DNA of 63,904 bases from Lama glama (taxonomy: Eukaryota). The notes below the pieces were generated by a model, which worked only from the letters and a program-made list of their open reading frames with translations, made no database searches and was not told where the DNA came from. Positions 1-12,490 of the stretch are shown piece by piece. Each line of letters starts with the position of its first letter. Position 1 is the first letter of the stretch. The stretch lies in contig CM052832.1 of NCBI GenBank assembly GCA_028534125.1, positions 8,062,097-8,126,000 on the forward strand, written 5' to 3'. The position numbers and the translations under genes are program-made.

Positions 1-768
1 GTCTGGGAACGGAGGACACCAGGGAGGGGACCAACCAAACAACCTGGGGCCTGTACTTATACTTTACAGGTAGAAAACTGTCCCAGAGAGATCAAATTAG
101 CGCCCAAGGTCCTGCAGCCAGAAGTGCCCTAGTTCTGTGGCCTTTGGCCCAGGGAGATAGGATGGGCAGGGGAGAGGTGATGGGGTTGGGGGGCCCAAGT
201 GGAAGGATGGTTTTGATTCCAGGCGTGGCTTCAGCTTTCTAGGGTCCCAGACTCCTTGGAGAACTTGAATCCCCCTACAGCTTCTCCCCCCACACACGAT
301 CACGGCTGTGGGTCTAAACTGGGGAGAACTTCTGGCTCCGGAGGTGGGGGAGTGAGAGGAAGGTCAGTGCGAGGACCAGGGTGGGCCAGGGTCATCTGAA
401 GCAGAGGCCCCAGGGCAGCCCTGAGGGAGAGGGCAGCTCTGCCAGATGCACTCTGGAATGAGGGGTGCTGCCAAATGTCTCCCCATGGTGGTGGCGGGAG
501 GAGCCGGAAGCGGTTGGAGCCCAACAGTGGAAACACTGACAGGCCAGGGAGGGGCTCCCGCCCTCCCGCCCACCCGCCCTGGGCCTTCCCCAAACACCCC
601 AGCCAGCACCCAGCCTCAGCAGTGCAGGCCCCCACCCCTGGCGCAGACCTAACTCACAGCTACTTGGCTGGAAGGCTACTCAACCCCAGACTCCCAAGGG
701 CACAACCCCCAGCCCCATGGAGACCCATTTCCACTCCCCAGGACTCCCAGCCCCAGGTCCCCCAGTAC

Positions 769-797
769 CTGTCCTGAGGCTGGTGACTGGTTGTCAT
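769..797 (-). CDS. SLC29A1: Equilibrative nucleoside transporter 1, first coding exon (29 nt, MTTSHQPQDR); the rest of the gene lies left of the window
   Basis: Minus strand reads accATG ACA ACC AGT CAC CAG CCT CAG GAC AG|gtac, the ENT1 N-terminus. Acceptor cccccag| places the exon start at 848, 51 nt before the ATG. Synteny with MYMX, CAPN11 and TMEM63B. Confidence 0.95.
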
Positions 798-3700
798 GGT
801 GACTGCGTTGGTTATGCCTGGCTGACAGCTTCCTCCCTCTGGCGCTTGCTGGGGGCAGAAGCAGTGTGAGGCCCTGTCTCGGCCCTGCTTCCCCACAGGC
901 CTCTTCAGATTCGGGGGGGGGGGCAGGGCGTACAGAGCAGGCAAGCTGAGGAGTCCAGAAGGCGCCCCCCCCACCTGCCCTGCCTCTCAGGACTGCTCAG
1001 TCTGACCCCTCTGGCCCATCCTGTTGCGCCTCCCTGCCCGCTTAGGCTCTACCTGGCGCCTGGCCTGGCCTGGCCTGGCCGCTGCCACTGCTATTTTTAT
1101 CCAGCAGCTGAAGCAGTTTGTATGCGGGAAACAGGAGGGTGGAGAGCAGAAGGGAAGGAGGAGGAAGTATGATTGGGAGGGAGGGAGAGACAGGCAAAGG
1201 CTGGGAAGAGGATGAAAGGGGTCAGGGACAGTGACGATAATGGAAGAAGGGACAGGAGGGAAACAGAAAGGAGACAGAGGGAGGGAGGGAGGGCGCAAAG
1301 CAAACAGATCAGCAGAAGCAGCAGCTGCAGGGGAGATGACTGAGGCCAAACCTCCCTCCCCAGGTCCCTCTGCAAGTCTGATGTCCACCCTCCCAGGGGT
1401 CCCTGAGCTCATGGCTAGGGCAGCCTCTGGAGAGCCTGTCCCCTCCTGGCAGCACCCCAGACTCCAGCCTCTCTACTGGTAGCATCTTAATGGTCCTTCC
1501 CAGCCAGTGCCCGAAGGCTTCCTAGTTACTGGCCAGTTTTCCAGGAAAATACTTCAGGACAGGTGTGGGGACACAGCCCTCCCCTGACCCCTATTCCTGG
1601 TTCCAGGGTCACCCCCCCACCCAGTTCCTCTCTGACTCACTCCCAGGCCCCTGCCCTCTTCCCCTTTCTCTAAGTTAAAGAGAAGACCGTAGGGATAGGG
1701 GCACAGGCCTGACTAAAGCGTAGCCCTAAGGCACCCAGCCTCCCCCCTCAGCATTCCTCCCCTGCTCCTTTCTCACTTGCTTGTGCAGGGGGAGGTGCCC
1801 TGGCACCAGCGGAGGAAACAGTTTTCCCTTGGATGGCATGGAAAGCCAGGAAGGCATGTGCTGGCATATCCCCCACGTGTGGGCCCAGGTCTGGAGCCAG
1901 GACTGCCGTTCTGGGTGAAGACTGGCTTCCTCACCCCCCTGGGTCAGAACTCACCAGATACCCAGACTTGCCAGCAGAAGGGTCAGGGCAGAGGGGTCCC
2001 GGGCAGTCCGTGGGCAGTGGTCCTAGCTCAAGCTCAGGCAGCAGGCCTTGTCCATGGGTTCCTCCTGAGTAAGGGTCTAGAATGAAGGCACAGGGCGGCG
2101 TATCAGGAGAGAACTCACCAGGCCTCGCTGTGGGAGGGAGCAGCCCTATTCTGAGATGCCTCTCTGAACACACACGACCAGGGAGATAAAACCCAGTCCT
2201 GTAGCTTGGGAGATAAGACAGCCAGCAGTCTCAGCAGGGGAGCTTAGGGGGTGGGTGAACTCACAGGTGCAGCCAGTGCTCCAGGCCCCAGGGACTGCAA
2301 TGGCCAGCCCTGGGGACCCCAAGAAAGGACCTAAATGGGCCTTTCTACCACTCCCAGTAATTCCTCTCAACCCCTCCCTGAATAAACTCCAGCCTCTCCA
2401 GAGGCCTTCCTCAACCCCCCAGCCCACACCTGGGCTGCAGGACAGGGAGGGGAGGAGCAGACCTACACCCTTCCAGCTGGAGGCAGAGGTCTTTTTCCAT
2501 TGTCCTTTTGACAGATATTGACCTAGGATCTCAGAGTGCCAGCCAGGCACTGTTGTAGGCACTTGGGACAGAATGGGGAACAACAATGTTTACATTCTCT
2601 AGAAGGATGGGGGTAAGAGGGCTCAACCTGGGGGGATGGGCAGATGAGGCTAGGAATGCAGGTTTTCTATTAGGTAGCATGGGGGAACCCCCAGCTTCTC
2701 ACCTCAGCCTACCCTGTGCTCACCTTCTGCCCCCACAGGCAAGATACCGGGCAGTAAAGAGCAGGTGCATTTCAACACAGATGGGAAACTGGGGTGGAGA
2801 ACAGAGCATCTCCCCATCCTCAGTAAAATCTGTCTTAGACTAAGAGAAGTATTTATTTCTGCCCTCTCCCTCAGCTATACCCCTGCTCTCTGTTCTCAGT
2901 TGCCCCTACTCCAGTCCTAAGCACAATTCAATTCCAGGGGCAGCCTGCTCCCCTCGCCCGCACACTGAGTCAGCTGGCCAGCCCAGGTGTTTTGTTTTTG
3001 TCTGTCTTTGCCCAGCAACAAACAGGGATTTGATATCAGCTTAGAGCATCTGGTGTCCCTCCAGCCATGCCTTGGCCTGCCTGAGATGGGGCCCTGAAAG
3101 CAGCCACCTCCCAACTGAGCACCTCCCCAACCCTGGACCCCCAACACCTCTCAGGCACCATGGCTTCCAGAGATATCCTTGTGGTAGCATCAAATTCTCC
3201 ACTTCCCTGGATCCCATAAGGGGCCAGCCACTACCTACAGATACCCTCTCTTGCCTTTGGACACCCTCGCAATCACCATAAGCTAGTACAAAACTCTCTC
3301 CATTGAACAGATGGGGGCAGCTGAAGTTCAGAGAGGTTGAGTCATTTGCCTAAGATAACAGAGCTAGTGAATGGGTGAGCTGTAACTCAAACACAACGTG
3401 CAGCTTACTCTAGGCTCCTGCCAGGATGGGAAGCGAGGTGTAAAGGCTGCTTCCCAGCCAGCCCCATACACTCAGAGGTGGGGGTACTCTACGCCATCTA
3501 AGCAGAAAAAATAAGATAGAGGCCAAGGTCATCTCCAGCCTGACTTGAGTGTCAGGTGGCACTCCCCCATCCCATTCACACATTCTGGCAAGCAGAGCTC
3601 GCACAGGCGGGAGGACAAGGCAAGAGGGTCTGGAGGTGACCGGAGAGGAATGGGCAAAGGGGCGGCCCCAAGAGGGGTAAGAGACAGGGGTGGGACCAGC

Positions 3701-3949
3701 CCTCATCTACCACCGCTCGACCCTGGGAGTAAAATCTGGGGTGTGTATGTCCTTGTTCTCTGGGAGTAAATGAGGACGCGCCCAGGAAGGGGAGGCCAGG
3801 GACACGAGTTCCGCCAATAAAAGGCGGGGGTTAAAGAAACAGCTCCTCCACCTCCATTCTGCTCGCCCACATCCCCATTCCCCGCACCCAGAGCAGTTAA
3901 TGGTACGGCCCCTCCCCGGTACCAACGACAAGATTGATCGAGATTAACC

Positions 3950-4530
3950 ATCAACTCGCCCGTCCCTTGCGGAGGTCAGCTCGGTGACAGCCGGTTTCAG
4001 GCCCGGGAGTCAGGTCGCCCACGTCCTCGCGGGTCCGGGTCCCGGCAGGATGCACCTGCGCTCCAGCCCCAGCGCGCCACGTGCTGCGCGGCTCCGCACG
4101 CTCCCCGCGGGGGCCCCACCCGGCGTCCCCTTTTTTGGCAGCGCAGCCGCCAGGCCTGGCCTCCCTGCCCTCGTGGCAGACGGGAAGCGGCGCCTTCCAC
4201 CCCGGCGGTCCCCGGCACCCCGGCCCCCGGCTCGGGGCAGCACCTGCTGGGAAGGGGTCCACCCGCGTGGAGGTCGGCGAGCTCTCCCGGCAGCTTCCCG
4301 CGCCCGCCCGAGCACATTCAAACCCGCCCTCCGCTCGCCCCGCCCCGGCGCGCCCCCGCCCCCATCCGCTCCCCGGCGCCTGCTGCGGCCCCGCCCCGCT
4401 CCGCCTCGGGCCGCCCCCGCCCCCTGCAGGGAGGCTGCGGACGGCCTTGGTCGCCCCTCTCCGCCCCGCACCGAGACCCTGCGACCCCCAGCGCCGCCTG
4501 GCCCACACCTCGCGTTATTTCTGTAGCTAG
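3950..4530 (-). promoter_or_regulatory. SLC29A1: CpG island and main SLC29A1 promoter with non-coding exon 1 (about 4330 to 4244)
   Basis: Dense CpG and repeated GC boxes (ccccgccc). Donor cagcag|gtgctg at 4243. Resembles the human SLC29A1 5'UTR as recalled. Confidence 0.8.
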
Positions 4531-6519
4531 GACCTCTGAGGGCCCTGCCACGCCAAACTTTGCCCCATCACGGGACACATGGGGCCCACACTGGGTACCT
4601 CTGGTCTCCGCGCTGGGGTTACACAAAACTCCTACACAACTGTCTCGGGACTCTCCCAGCGACAAACCTGCTCAGACAGGTCCGGAGGCCCCGCCATGTC
4701 CATACTTCACCCAAGATGTTCCATTATCGCTTCTCAAGCCCCCTCTCAAGCCACTTTCTTCCACACTACACCGTTTCTTTCCAGCGCCCCTCTCCCTTTT
4801 CAGTACCATTTTCTTCTTTTCAGACTACCCTCTCTTTCCCCCACTCCGTGGGATCCCTCCGACAGAATCGGTATGAAGTGTCACCTTGGTTTTCCCACCT
4901 CTAAGACTTACACACCCACAACTTTGACTTGGAGAGGGATGTGTGCCCCTGGGGGGTAGAGGGCCCCAAGGCACAACCCTGTAGCCTCCTAATGATTCAC
5001 CCTTTTTAAATCCAGAACTTTGGAAAAGCTGAGGCAACAGCTGGGAATGGAAGAGAAACAGCCGGGAACAGCCTTACATCCTGAGTGAATCCTATGGTCC
5101 TGACACTCGGAGGAGGAAGCCTTGCTGAGCCCCACATCCTCCCTGGCTGAGGAGGAAGGGGGTAGGGCATGCTGAGGAACTCTTGTACTTCCCAGGGATG
5201 GGGAAGGATTCCTTCCTTTTTTGGTGGTCAGTACATTTGGGGACGGGGGATCACTGCCCCCTACAGCAGTACTGGAGAACAATCCAAAGGCTGCAGAGGT
5301 GCTGAGGACAGAAAATCCAATCCAGCCCCACCGCTTGCCCCATTTACCCAAAAGGCCTGTACCCTGGAGAAGCCACAGACACTAACTAACAATTAGCAGT
5401 ACTAACATCACAGGAATATGGCAGAGTCAACCCGTCTCCCCAGAGAACAGACTGGGCCCTGAAGGGAAGGCTAGTTTTTCTACTTAGGATGGATCAGTGG
5501 ACTCACCCCAAGATACTCCACAAGGGCTGTTCCCAGCCTTCCGGCTCTGAGCTCCACAGAGACATGACACACCATCACCCCCCAGCCCTAACCAAACAGA
5601 GGGCAGGAAGAGGGATATGGGTGATATTTTTCTAGGCACTGCCCCATGGCTTGAGGGCAGCTTCATGTCTGGGTCTACCCCCGTATTTCTACCCTGTGTT
5701 TGTCCAGATTCTCTCTCTTCCTTTCCTGACCTTCCTCTCCCCTCTTGCTTGGCCCCGGTCTCTCTCCCCATCCTCATTTCCCGTCTCTGGGCCTGCGGGG
5801 GTGGCAGGCCTTAATGGTCAAACAGTTCCGCCAGGCTGGTGGCCAGTGGCTGCAATTGTGTGCAGAGGGGGCTGGAAATGGAAAGAAGTTGGAGGGAAGT
5901 GGTGAGGGTCCCAGGCCAGACAGGGGAAGGCTGGTTCCTCTGCCCATCCCTGCTGAGGCCTGGCCTGCTCACTGGATGGCAACAGCCAGGGCTGTTATTG
6001 CTGGACAGAAGCCCGTCTGGCACTTTCCCTGCCTGGGCCCCCAGCCAGCACCCACACTCCTCTGGAGCCGCCTCCCTAGGCTGAGATGGTTGCTGAGTGC
6101 CAAGGCCCTCTGCTGGACAGCCTCAGAGCCCCAACTCACAGTAGCCTGTGCCCGAGTTCCTCTAGCCAGGCCCAGCCAGTCTTATGGCTCCCTCCCTCCC
6201 TGGGCTCTCACAGGTCTCTGGCACAGGAGAGGGGTGTGAAGGGTGGATCCAGCTGCACCCCGACCCTATCCCTCACCTATTTGCGACTGTGGCTTGCCCC
6301 AGACTCCCTCCTCCCTCTTAGAGCCTCCAAGCCTGCCTCATCGACTCACACACAGTCCTATCTTTCCCCAGCTCTGCCTCTATCTGTGTTTGTTGGAAGT
6401 GTGCTTGCTTGGCTGGGAGGTTTGTCACCAGCGCGCCTCGTAACTGTATGTTCTCAATTGTTTTGGGGGCTCTATCTCCGCGGCCTTGTAGCAGGGATGA
6501 GACAAGGGAGAGACCAGAG

Positions 6520-6680
6520 AGGCAACTTACCTGAGGCGCAAAATTTGCGGGGGATACCCAAATATTCCAGAATCCAGATAATGTTTTAATGCAATATTTA
6601 AAAAACCCTCAAAGTTAATGCAAAAAATCCATGATGAACAAAACATCATCTAAACTTAAGACAGGATCCGGCCCTCTCAG
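6520..6680. mobile_element. AT-rich DNA transposon remnant (hAT, MER96B-like)
   Basis: ttttaatgcaatattt...aaaatccatgatgaacaaaa...gacaggatcc resembles a hAT-family MER. Family assigned from memory. Confidence 0.4.
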
Positions 6681-6949
6681 GGGTCAGATTCATCTCAAGT
6701 CTCTCACCTTCCTTGAGGGTGTGTACTTGAGGGTGGGTACCTGGGTCAGGGTTCAAGAAGATTCGACTCTGTTCACTAGGTCTGCGCTTGGTTTTCCAGC
6801 TTCATTTCTCAGACCTCTGCCCCTACCCTCTGCTCTGGGCACGTCTCTGACCTCGCGAACATCTCCATGTACTTAGGGTAGGGCAGTCATCTAACAGCGG
6901 CCTCCAAAGTCCGAGAAAGGATCCCCTCCGCCAGAAGCCACAGATGCGG

Positions 6950-7560
6950 ACTCCACTGATTCCCCCTACCCCACGAGGGCCCCGCCCACCGCGCTCTCCG
7001 CCCCGCCCGCGGGGGAGAACGCCACAGCCCCCCGCCGCCCCGCCGCGGCTCCGCCTCTGCTCCCTGAGCACCTGCTGCGACTTCGGAGGGGGCATCCGGA
7101 GTCGGGGAGCGGGAACGGAAATTCCCGGGCCAGCCGGCCCCAGGTTCCCATTTGGCCTCCTTACCTCGGGGCTGGGGCCCTCCCTGTACCCGGAAATCGC
7201 AGCCCGCGCCGGGTCTGACCGGTCTCTGCTGCTCGGCGGGAGAGGGGCTGCAAGGAACGATCCCGGCATCAGTCCCGCCTGGCGCCTCACTGGAGTGGGG
7301 AGCGATCCGGGAGGTCGGCGGCAGGAGAGGCCCAGAGCAGGAAAAAAAGGACTTGAACCCCCTTCATCCCGCCCCTCCTGCCAGGCAGCCCTCCCAGAGG
7401 GGCCGAACACGTGCACTGGCTTTGGAGACTCCGAGAGGAAGCAGATGGTGCCGGGGGTGGTGGGGGGAAGGGGAAACTGGGGTCTAGAGGAAAGTCCCGC
7501 AGGGCCGGCGTTGGGGCGGGCGCATGGCTCTGATCTCGGTTCTTCCCAGACCAACCTTCT
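6950..7560 (-). promoter_or_regulatory. SLC29A1: Second CpG island and distal SLC29A1 alternative non-coding first exon (ends about 7072)
   Basis: CpG-rich. Minus strand gggaatttccgt...tccggatgccccctccgaagtcgcagcag|gtgctc resembles an alternative human SLC29A1 5'UTR as recalled. Confidence 0.6.
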
Positions 7561-8210
7561 CTCGGGCATGCTGACGGGTTCAGGGTCCTGAAAGGGTCCT
7601 GTATTCCTCATTCTCCCCCACTGAACCGAGAGCCCAGGACTCGCTGGGGGAAGGGGGAAAGGAAGAGTATTGAATAGAAACAGTAAGCAAATTATCCGAG
7701 GCTGGCATGCAAATACCTCCGACAGCTCTCCTCTGACCCCGAGGGGCCTCCGGCTGGGAAGGGGAAACGATGAGGTGAATTCCTCAGGTCACACCCTACC
7801 CACCTGACACCCTCTAGATCCCACCCTGGGCAGAGTGCCCCTCAGAAGTACGCATTTCTACACTGCTCCTCTGGGTGACTGCCCACAGGGTCCCTGAGCA
7901 AACAAATCTCCCTTTTCCCACTCCACTGGCTGAGAAGAGTCTCCACTCTGGCTTAAGGACGTCTACCTCCTTACCTTGGGCCGGCGAGCCAGACCCAAGA
8001 CGACTGGGTCACAGTGTGATATACGGACTCAAGTTAGACAGGAGAAACAGCTTCCAGGAGATGTGGACTGAGAGGGGCAATGGAATGGGTAGCAAAAGGA
8101 AGCCTTGCGTTGTTTCCCAACTCCTGCCCTCTGGACAGGTTAGACTGTCTTGCAGTGCAGGAGTGTGACAAGACTTTCAAAGGCATCCCAAGAATTCAAA
8201 CCAACAAGTA

Positions 8211-8216
8211 TTTATT
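8211..8216 (-). terminator. MYMX: Probable MYMX polyadenylation signal AATAAA inside an L2/MIR-type 3' tail
   Basis: First AATAAA found downstream of the MYMX stop (about 440 nt). Context gtgctcAATAAAtacttgttg. Confidence 0.6.
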
Positions 8217-8651
8217 GAGCACCTGGTGTGTGCTGGGCTTTGGGAGCAAGACTGACTTCCAAGGTAACCAAAGTCTTATTACTTTAAGGTAAATCCCGAG
8301 TCAAAGACAGTCTGGATTAACGGAATTGTCCCTGGGTCAGGCATTGTCCCTCATTGGACCTCAAGTCCCCAGTCAATTCCTCTCCTCCCAGAGGCCAGAG
8401 GTGGTTGACAAGCTCTTGAGAAGAATGCAGGGAGGGAGGGATAAGGATTGATTTTCTGCTAAATGCACAACATTCTACCCGTCATTTCTGCTGGGAGTAG
8501 GGAGGCGTGTCCTGGACAAACCCTTCTCATGCTCAGTCCCCCACCATGTCTTTGGCCCACTGGGCAGGCTGCAGTCAGTGATGGTGGCAGGACTGTCTTA
8601 TTCCAAAAGAAAGCTTTTTGATGGATACAGCTGCTCCCAGGATTCATGGCC

Positions 8652-8906
8652 TTATTTCTGGGGGGCTAGCCTCTCCCTCCTCTCTAGGCGGGCTACTTTG
8701 GAGGGCTCCCCGGCATCTGGCTGATGTCTCTGGCTGAGGATGAACAACAGACAGCCCAGCAAAGCCTCTCGCATATCCTGGGAGCCCAGGCGACGGGCCA
8801 GCCGGCGCAGCAAGGGCAGGAGGTGCCGGCGGGCCAGGCGGACAGCGGGCAGCAGCAGGCGGGCCAGCAGTGTTCGCAGCAGCAGCGGAAGCAGCGGAGC
8901 AGGCAT
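8652..8906 (-). CDS. MYMX: Myomixer (Myomerger/Minion), 84-aa myoblast fusion micropeptide
   Basis: gccATG at 8906, [84 protein letters not shown]. Hydrophobic N-terminus, basic amphipathic helix, AxLyCxL motif (EALLGCLL). Lies between CAPN11 and SLC29A1. Confidence 0.97.
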   Translation of the reverse strand: MPAPLLPLLLRTLLARLLLPAVRLARRHLLPLLRRLARRLGSQDMREALLGCLLFILSQRHQPDAGEPSKVARLERRERLAPQK

Positions 8907-9398
8907 GGCCAGGGCAGTGACTTTCAAGGTGATCCAGACTCTAGGTTTGCCTTTCCCGCTTCCTCCTCACCTGGCAAAGACATGGGGTGGGCAAGATTTA
9001 AGCCTCCTCTTTCAGTTTACGCCCTCCCACTCCCAGATCTCAATTCATGGGTCATTTTTGCTTTCCTGAAGCCCTTTCTCTGGGCAAGGTGGCTGGGGCA
9101 GGAACCATAGCACAGATGGAGACAGGGAGCCAAGGCAAGAGTAAAGCAGGAACTGAGACCTACAGCTCACCATTCTCAGCCTCCAGGGGCTCCTACTGTC
9201 CCCTGAAACTTCCCCTCCTCATGCACACCCTCAGTCACCTGGGAGTCCTTAATCCCTCTCCGTCAATCCAGCAGGAGTTCTTCCCTGGGCAATTCTAAGT
9301 TTTCTTTTCAGGGCCCTTGATCCACTGGGACCTGACACTTCATACGCTCCCAGTGCAGTCTCCCACCCCCCCACCCCCCGACAGGCAGCAGCTCTCAC

Positions 9399-9460
9399 CA
9401 GTCAGAACTGCTGCTCAGCATCAAAGTCTGGCTGAATTTGCCTGCGGGGGACACAGTCTC
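9399..9460 (-). other. MYMX: Putative MYMX non-coding exon 1 (5' end approximate)
   Basis: Donor ctg|gtgaga at 9398. Best acceptor is tctttgccag| at 8971. E-boxes lie just upstream. Confidence 0.45.
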
Positions 9461-9542
9461 ACTGGACACTCTCCAGGGCTGTCCCACCCAGCTAAGCCCC
9501 ACCCTAGGACAGCTTGCCTGGGCTGGGGAAGCCTGGAAGAGA

Positions 9543-9922
9543 CAGCTGTGTTCTGGCACCTGGTATATGGAGGGGAGGGGGCAGCTGGGCTGGGAGCATT
9601 GGAAGGAACATATGCAGGAATTCTTCCCACTGGGTGCAGACCTCAGAGTTGGAACCAGACTGTCCTTTCTAATGGTGTGATCTGAGGCACATTGATTCTC
9701 CTGGGTTCCAGTCCCCTGGTCTGTTACCTCAGTAACTGGGAGTCACTGGAAGGAGTAACTAGAAGGGGACAGTATATGAGACCCACTGACCCAAAACCTC
9801 AGAAGCAGTAAGGCTGCAGCCCACACACTGGGCATGCTCAGAGTGGCCCAGACAGAGTAGGACCAGGACAGGCATTTTGGGTCACAGTTCATCTCACAGC
9901 TGGGCCCAGCTGGACACAGCTG
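9543..9922. promoter_or_regulatory. MYMX: MYMX promoter/enhancer E-box cluster (five CAGCTG)
   Basis: CAGCTG at 9543, 9582, 9897, 9907 and 9917. MYMX is an established MyoD/myogenin target. Confidence 0.7.
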
Positions 9923-10074
9923 GGCGGCACTTCCACTCAGGGACAGGAAGTGAGATACCCGCGTCAGGACCCAAAGATCTTCACCCACTTTCTCCCCTGA
10001 AGATTAAATAAAGTTCCACGAGGTATTGAGGTAGAGATCACTGGGGTTTGTTTTATTTTGTTTTTACTCAATTT

Positions 10075-10198
10075 TTTAGGGGGGAAGGGGAGGTAATTAG
10101 ATTTATTTATCTATTTATTTAATGGAGGTACTGGCGATTGAGCTCAGGACCTTGTACATGCTAAGTACATACTCTGCCACTGAGCTATATCCTTCCCC
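10075..10198 (-). mobile_element. tRNA-derived SINE (Vic-1-like)
   Basis: Reverse complement of ggggaaggatatagctcagtgg...gtcctgagctcaatcgccagtacctcc, followed by an A-rich tail and ctaattacctcccc. Confidence 0.8.
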
Positions 10199-10739
10199 TA
10201 TTTTATTTTTAAATACCTCATTCTTCTACTTCATAAAACGGGTATAATTTCTGCCTTGCTGGACTCAGATGAGATAATGGCCATGAAAGTGCTTTGTAAG
10301 GGCAAGGTCATGGGCATATGTTTGTTTATCATCATCCCACCACCATCTGCCATTAGTATTATCACCATCTCCCGAATCATAAAGACCTTGAAGAAAGAAA
10401 ACTTCTAATTTTGTCAGAAAGGTCTATCCCCTTTCTACCTGGACAAAGCGGGGAGAGGAGCTAGAGTACAGATGTATAGGTGGTGTCTTCCCTTCCTTTC
10501 TGTCCCCTCCTGAGGAGCTGTGATGGCCGGTGTCATCCCTGGGCTGTGGGTGGGATGTGCATTGAGTTCGTATATGCGTCAAGCCTGTGAATTCATGATC
10601 TCAATTCTCACCACCGCTCTGCAGGGGAGCGACTATTATGACCTTTGTACAGATGAGGAAACTGAGGTTTAGAGGGGTTAAGCAACTTATCCTGAATCAC
10701 AATCACAGAGCAGGTAAATGGCCTGGTCTCCCCGCCACT

Positions 10740-11615
10740 TCCCGCAGACCTGCCCCTCCCTCAGGCTTTCCCACCTCTGTAAGTGGCAACTGCATCTTTC
10801 TAATTACTCTGGACAAAATCCTCAAAGTCATCACATCACATCACATCACTACCCACATTAGTAAATCCTGGTGGCTCTGCTTCCAAAATATTCAGAATCT
10901 CACCACTTCTGGCCAATGCCACCTTGGTTACCCTTGTCTGAGCATTTGTCATTTTTCTGCTGAATTATTGTAGTAGTCCCCTAACTGGTGTTTCTGTTTC
11001 TCTTTTCCACACAATGACCAGAATGATCTTTATAAGATCATGAGTCAGAGCCTGTCCTTTTTCTGCTGAAACTGTCCAATGGCTCCCTTTTCATTCAGAG
11101 TTGTAGTCAAAGGCTTTAATTGTGACCTGTAAGGCCTTGGATGTCTGACCTCCCCCTGGCTTCCTGATTCAACTTCTAGTCCTTGCCTCTCTCACTCTTC
11201 TCTAGCCACACTGGCCTCCTGCTCCTTAACTGTGCCAGATGTGCTTCTGCCCCAGGGCCTTTGCACCTACTATTGCTCCTGCCTATATGGCTTGGTCTCC
11301 AGTTATCTACAGGGCTCCATCTCGCACCTCTTTTAAGTCTTTGCCCAAACATTATCCATCCATCCTATTTAACAGCACATTCCCTCTACCCCATCTCCTG
11401 CTGCTTTCCCTCCATCCCTACCTCTGCTTTATCTCCTCAGCAAATCCTTCTGACAGGCTGTATCTCATCAGATATCTTCCTTCCTTATCTTGCTGATTAT
11501 CTGCCTCCCTCACTAGTGTAAACTCCATGAGAGTAGGCACGTATATGTATTTTATCTTCTGCTGTGTCCCCAGCACTTAGACAGCAAATAGACATTTGTT
11601 GTAAGAATGAATAAA
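10740..11615 (+). mobile_element. LINE-2 3' fragment
   Basis: Typical L2 segments (ccagggcctttgcac, tccaatggctccc) ending cccagcacttag...catttgttg...gaatgaataaa. Confidence 0.7.
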
Positions 11616-12490
11616 GGTTCTGTGATGGGATTCAACCCAGGCCTGCTTATCCTGGGGCCTGTGCTCCTGAGCCCCAGAGCTCTGTGGATCCAAACACATT
11701 CCCAGGATGTGTGTGGGAGCCCTAAGGACACCTGGACAGAGCCACTTAGAGGGGAGGAAATGACCACACTGAGCCTACAGGAGGGGAAGTCAGGTTCTCT
11801 CTGGGATTCTCCAAAGTATATAATCTCGAGGGAACCATGGACGTCCCACCAAGTGCTGCCCCAGATCTGAAGTAGCTATGCCTTGGGTGAGTCGTGCTCC
11901 ACCCCTCCCAGCTCAGTTTCTGCTGCTGTGGGATCTTCCAGCTGTGAGATCCTTGGACCCTGGGCCTGGGGCCAGACTCCTGTCCCATCCTTGCCCTGAG
12001 TAAACAGTGAAGGGCTCCAAGGGCCTGGAGCAGGTAAAGGAAACAGGATGCCATCTCCCCTAACAACGGGAAACCGCAGAAGGGATTGGGAAGGGAGGTC
12101 GGGGAGGGGTCTGGGGCCTGGATCTGGTTTTAGTTTATTCTCTAGCCGCCCCCACCCCTCCATTCCCTCCTGGGATTAATTCCCTTCATCTCCTTCCCAT
12201 CCTTACCTGGGATTAAACCCACCCGACACCCACCCCTCCCCACCCTGGCCTGACTGACCCAAGGCAGAAAACCTACAGCTCTGCTAAGGATTTCCTCAGC
12301 CTTTCCTGGAAGGACAGTCATCCCTTCTGGTAACAAAGCTGCCAGAGAGCAGTTCCTTCTAGTTCCTGATTTAGCCTCGTGTAATGGATCCTGCCTGCAT
12401 GGCCCTGACCTCTGCCCTCAACCCTCCACTGGCTGGGAAGGAAATTGGCCAAATCTTCTGTTCCTCAAAGACAATTGAAAAAAAAAAAGG

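Noticed and set aside
3951..4530. Multiple 100-185 aa ORFs on both strands
   Set aside because: Stop-poor CpG island; low-complexity Pro/Arg/Gly/Ala translations.
6823..7611. 262-aa and 215-aa overlapping ORFs
   Set aside because: GC-rich promoter sequence with no recognisable domain.
8907..8927. 7-aa N-terminal extension of MYMX in the ORF track
   Set aside because: Starts at TTG; the ATG at 8906 gives the expected 84 aa.
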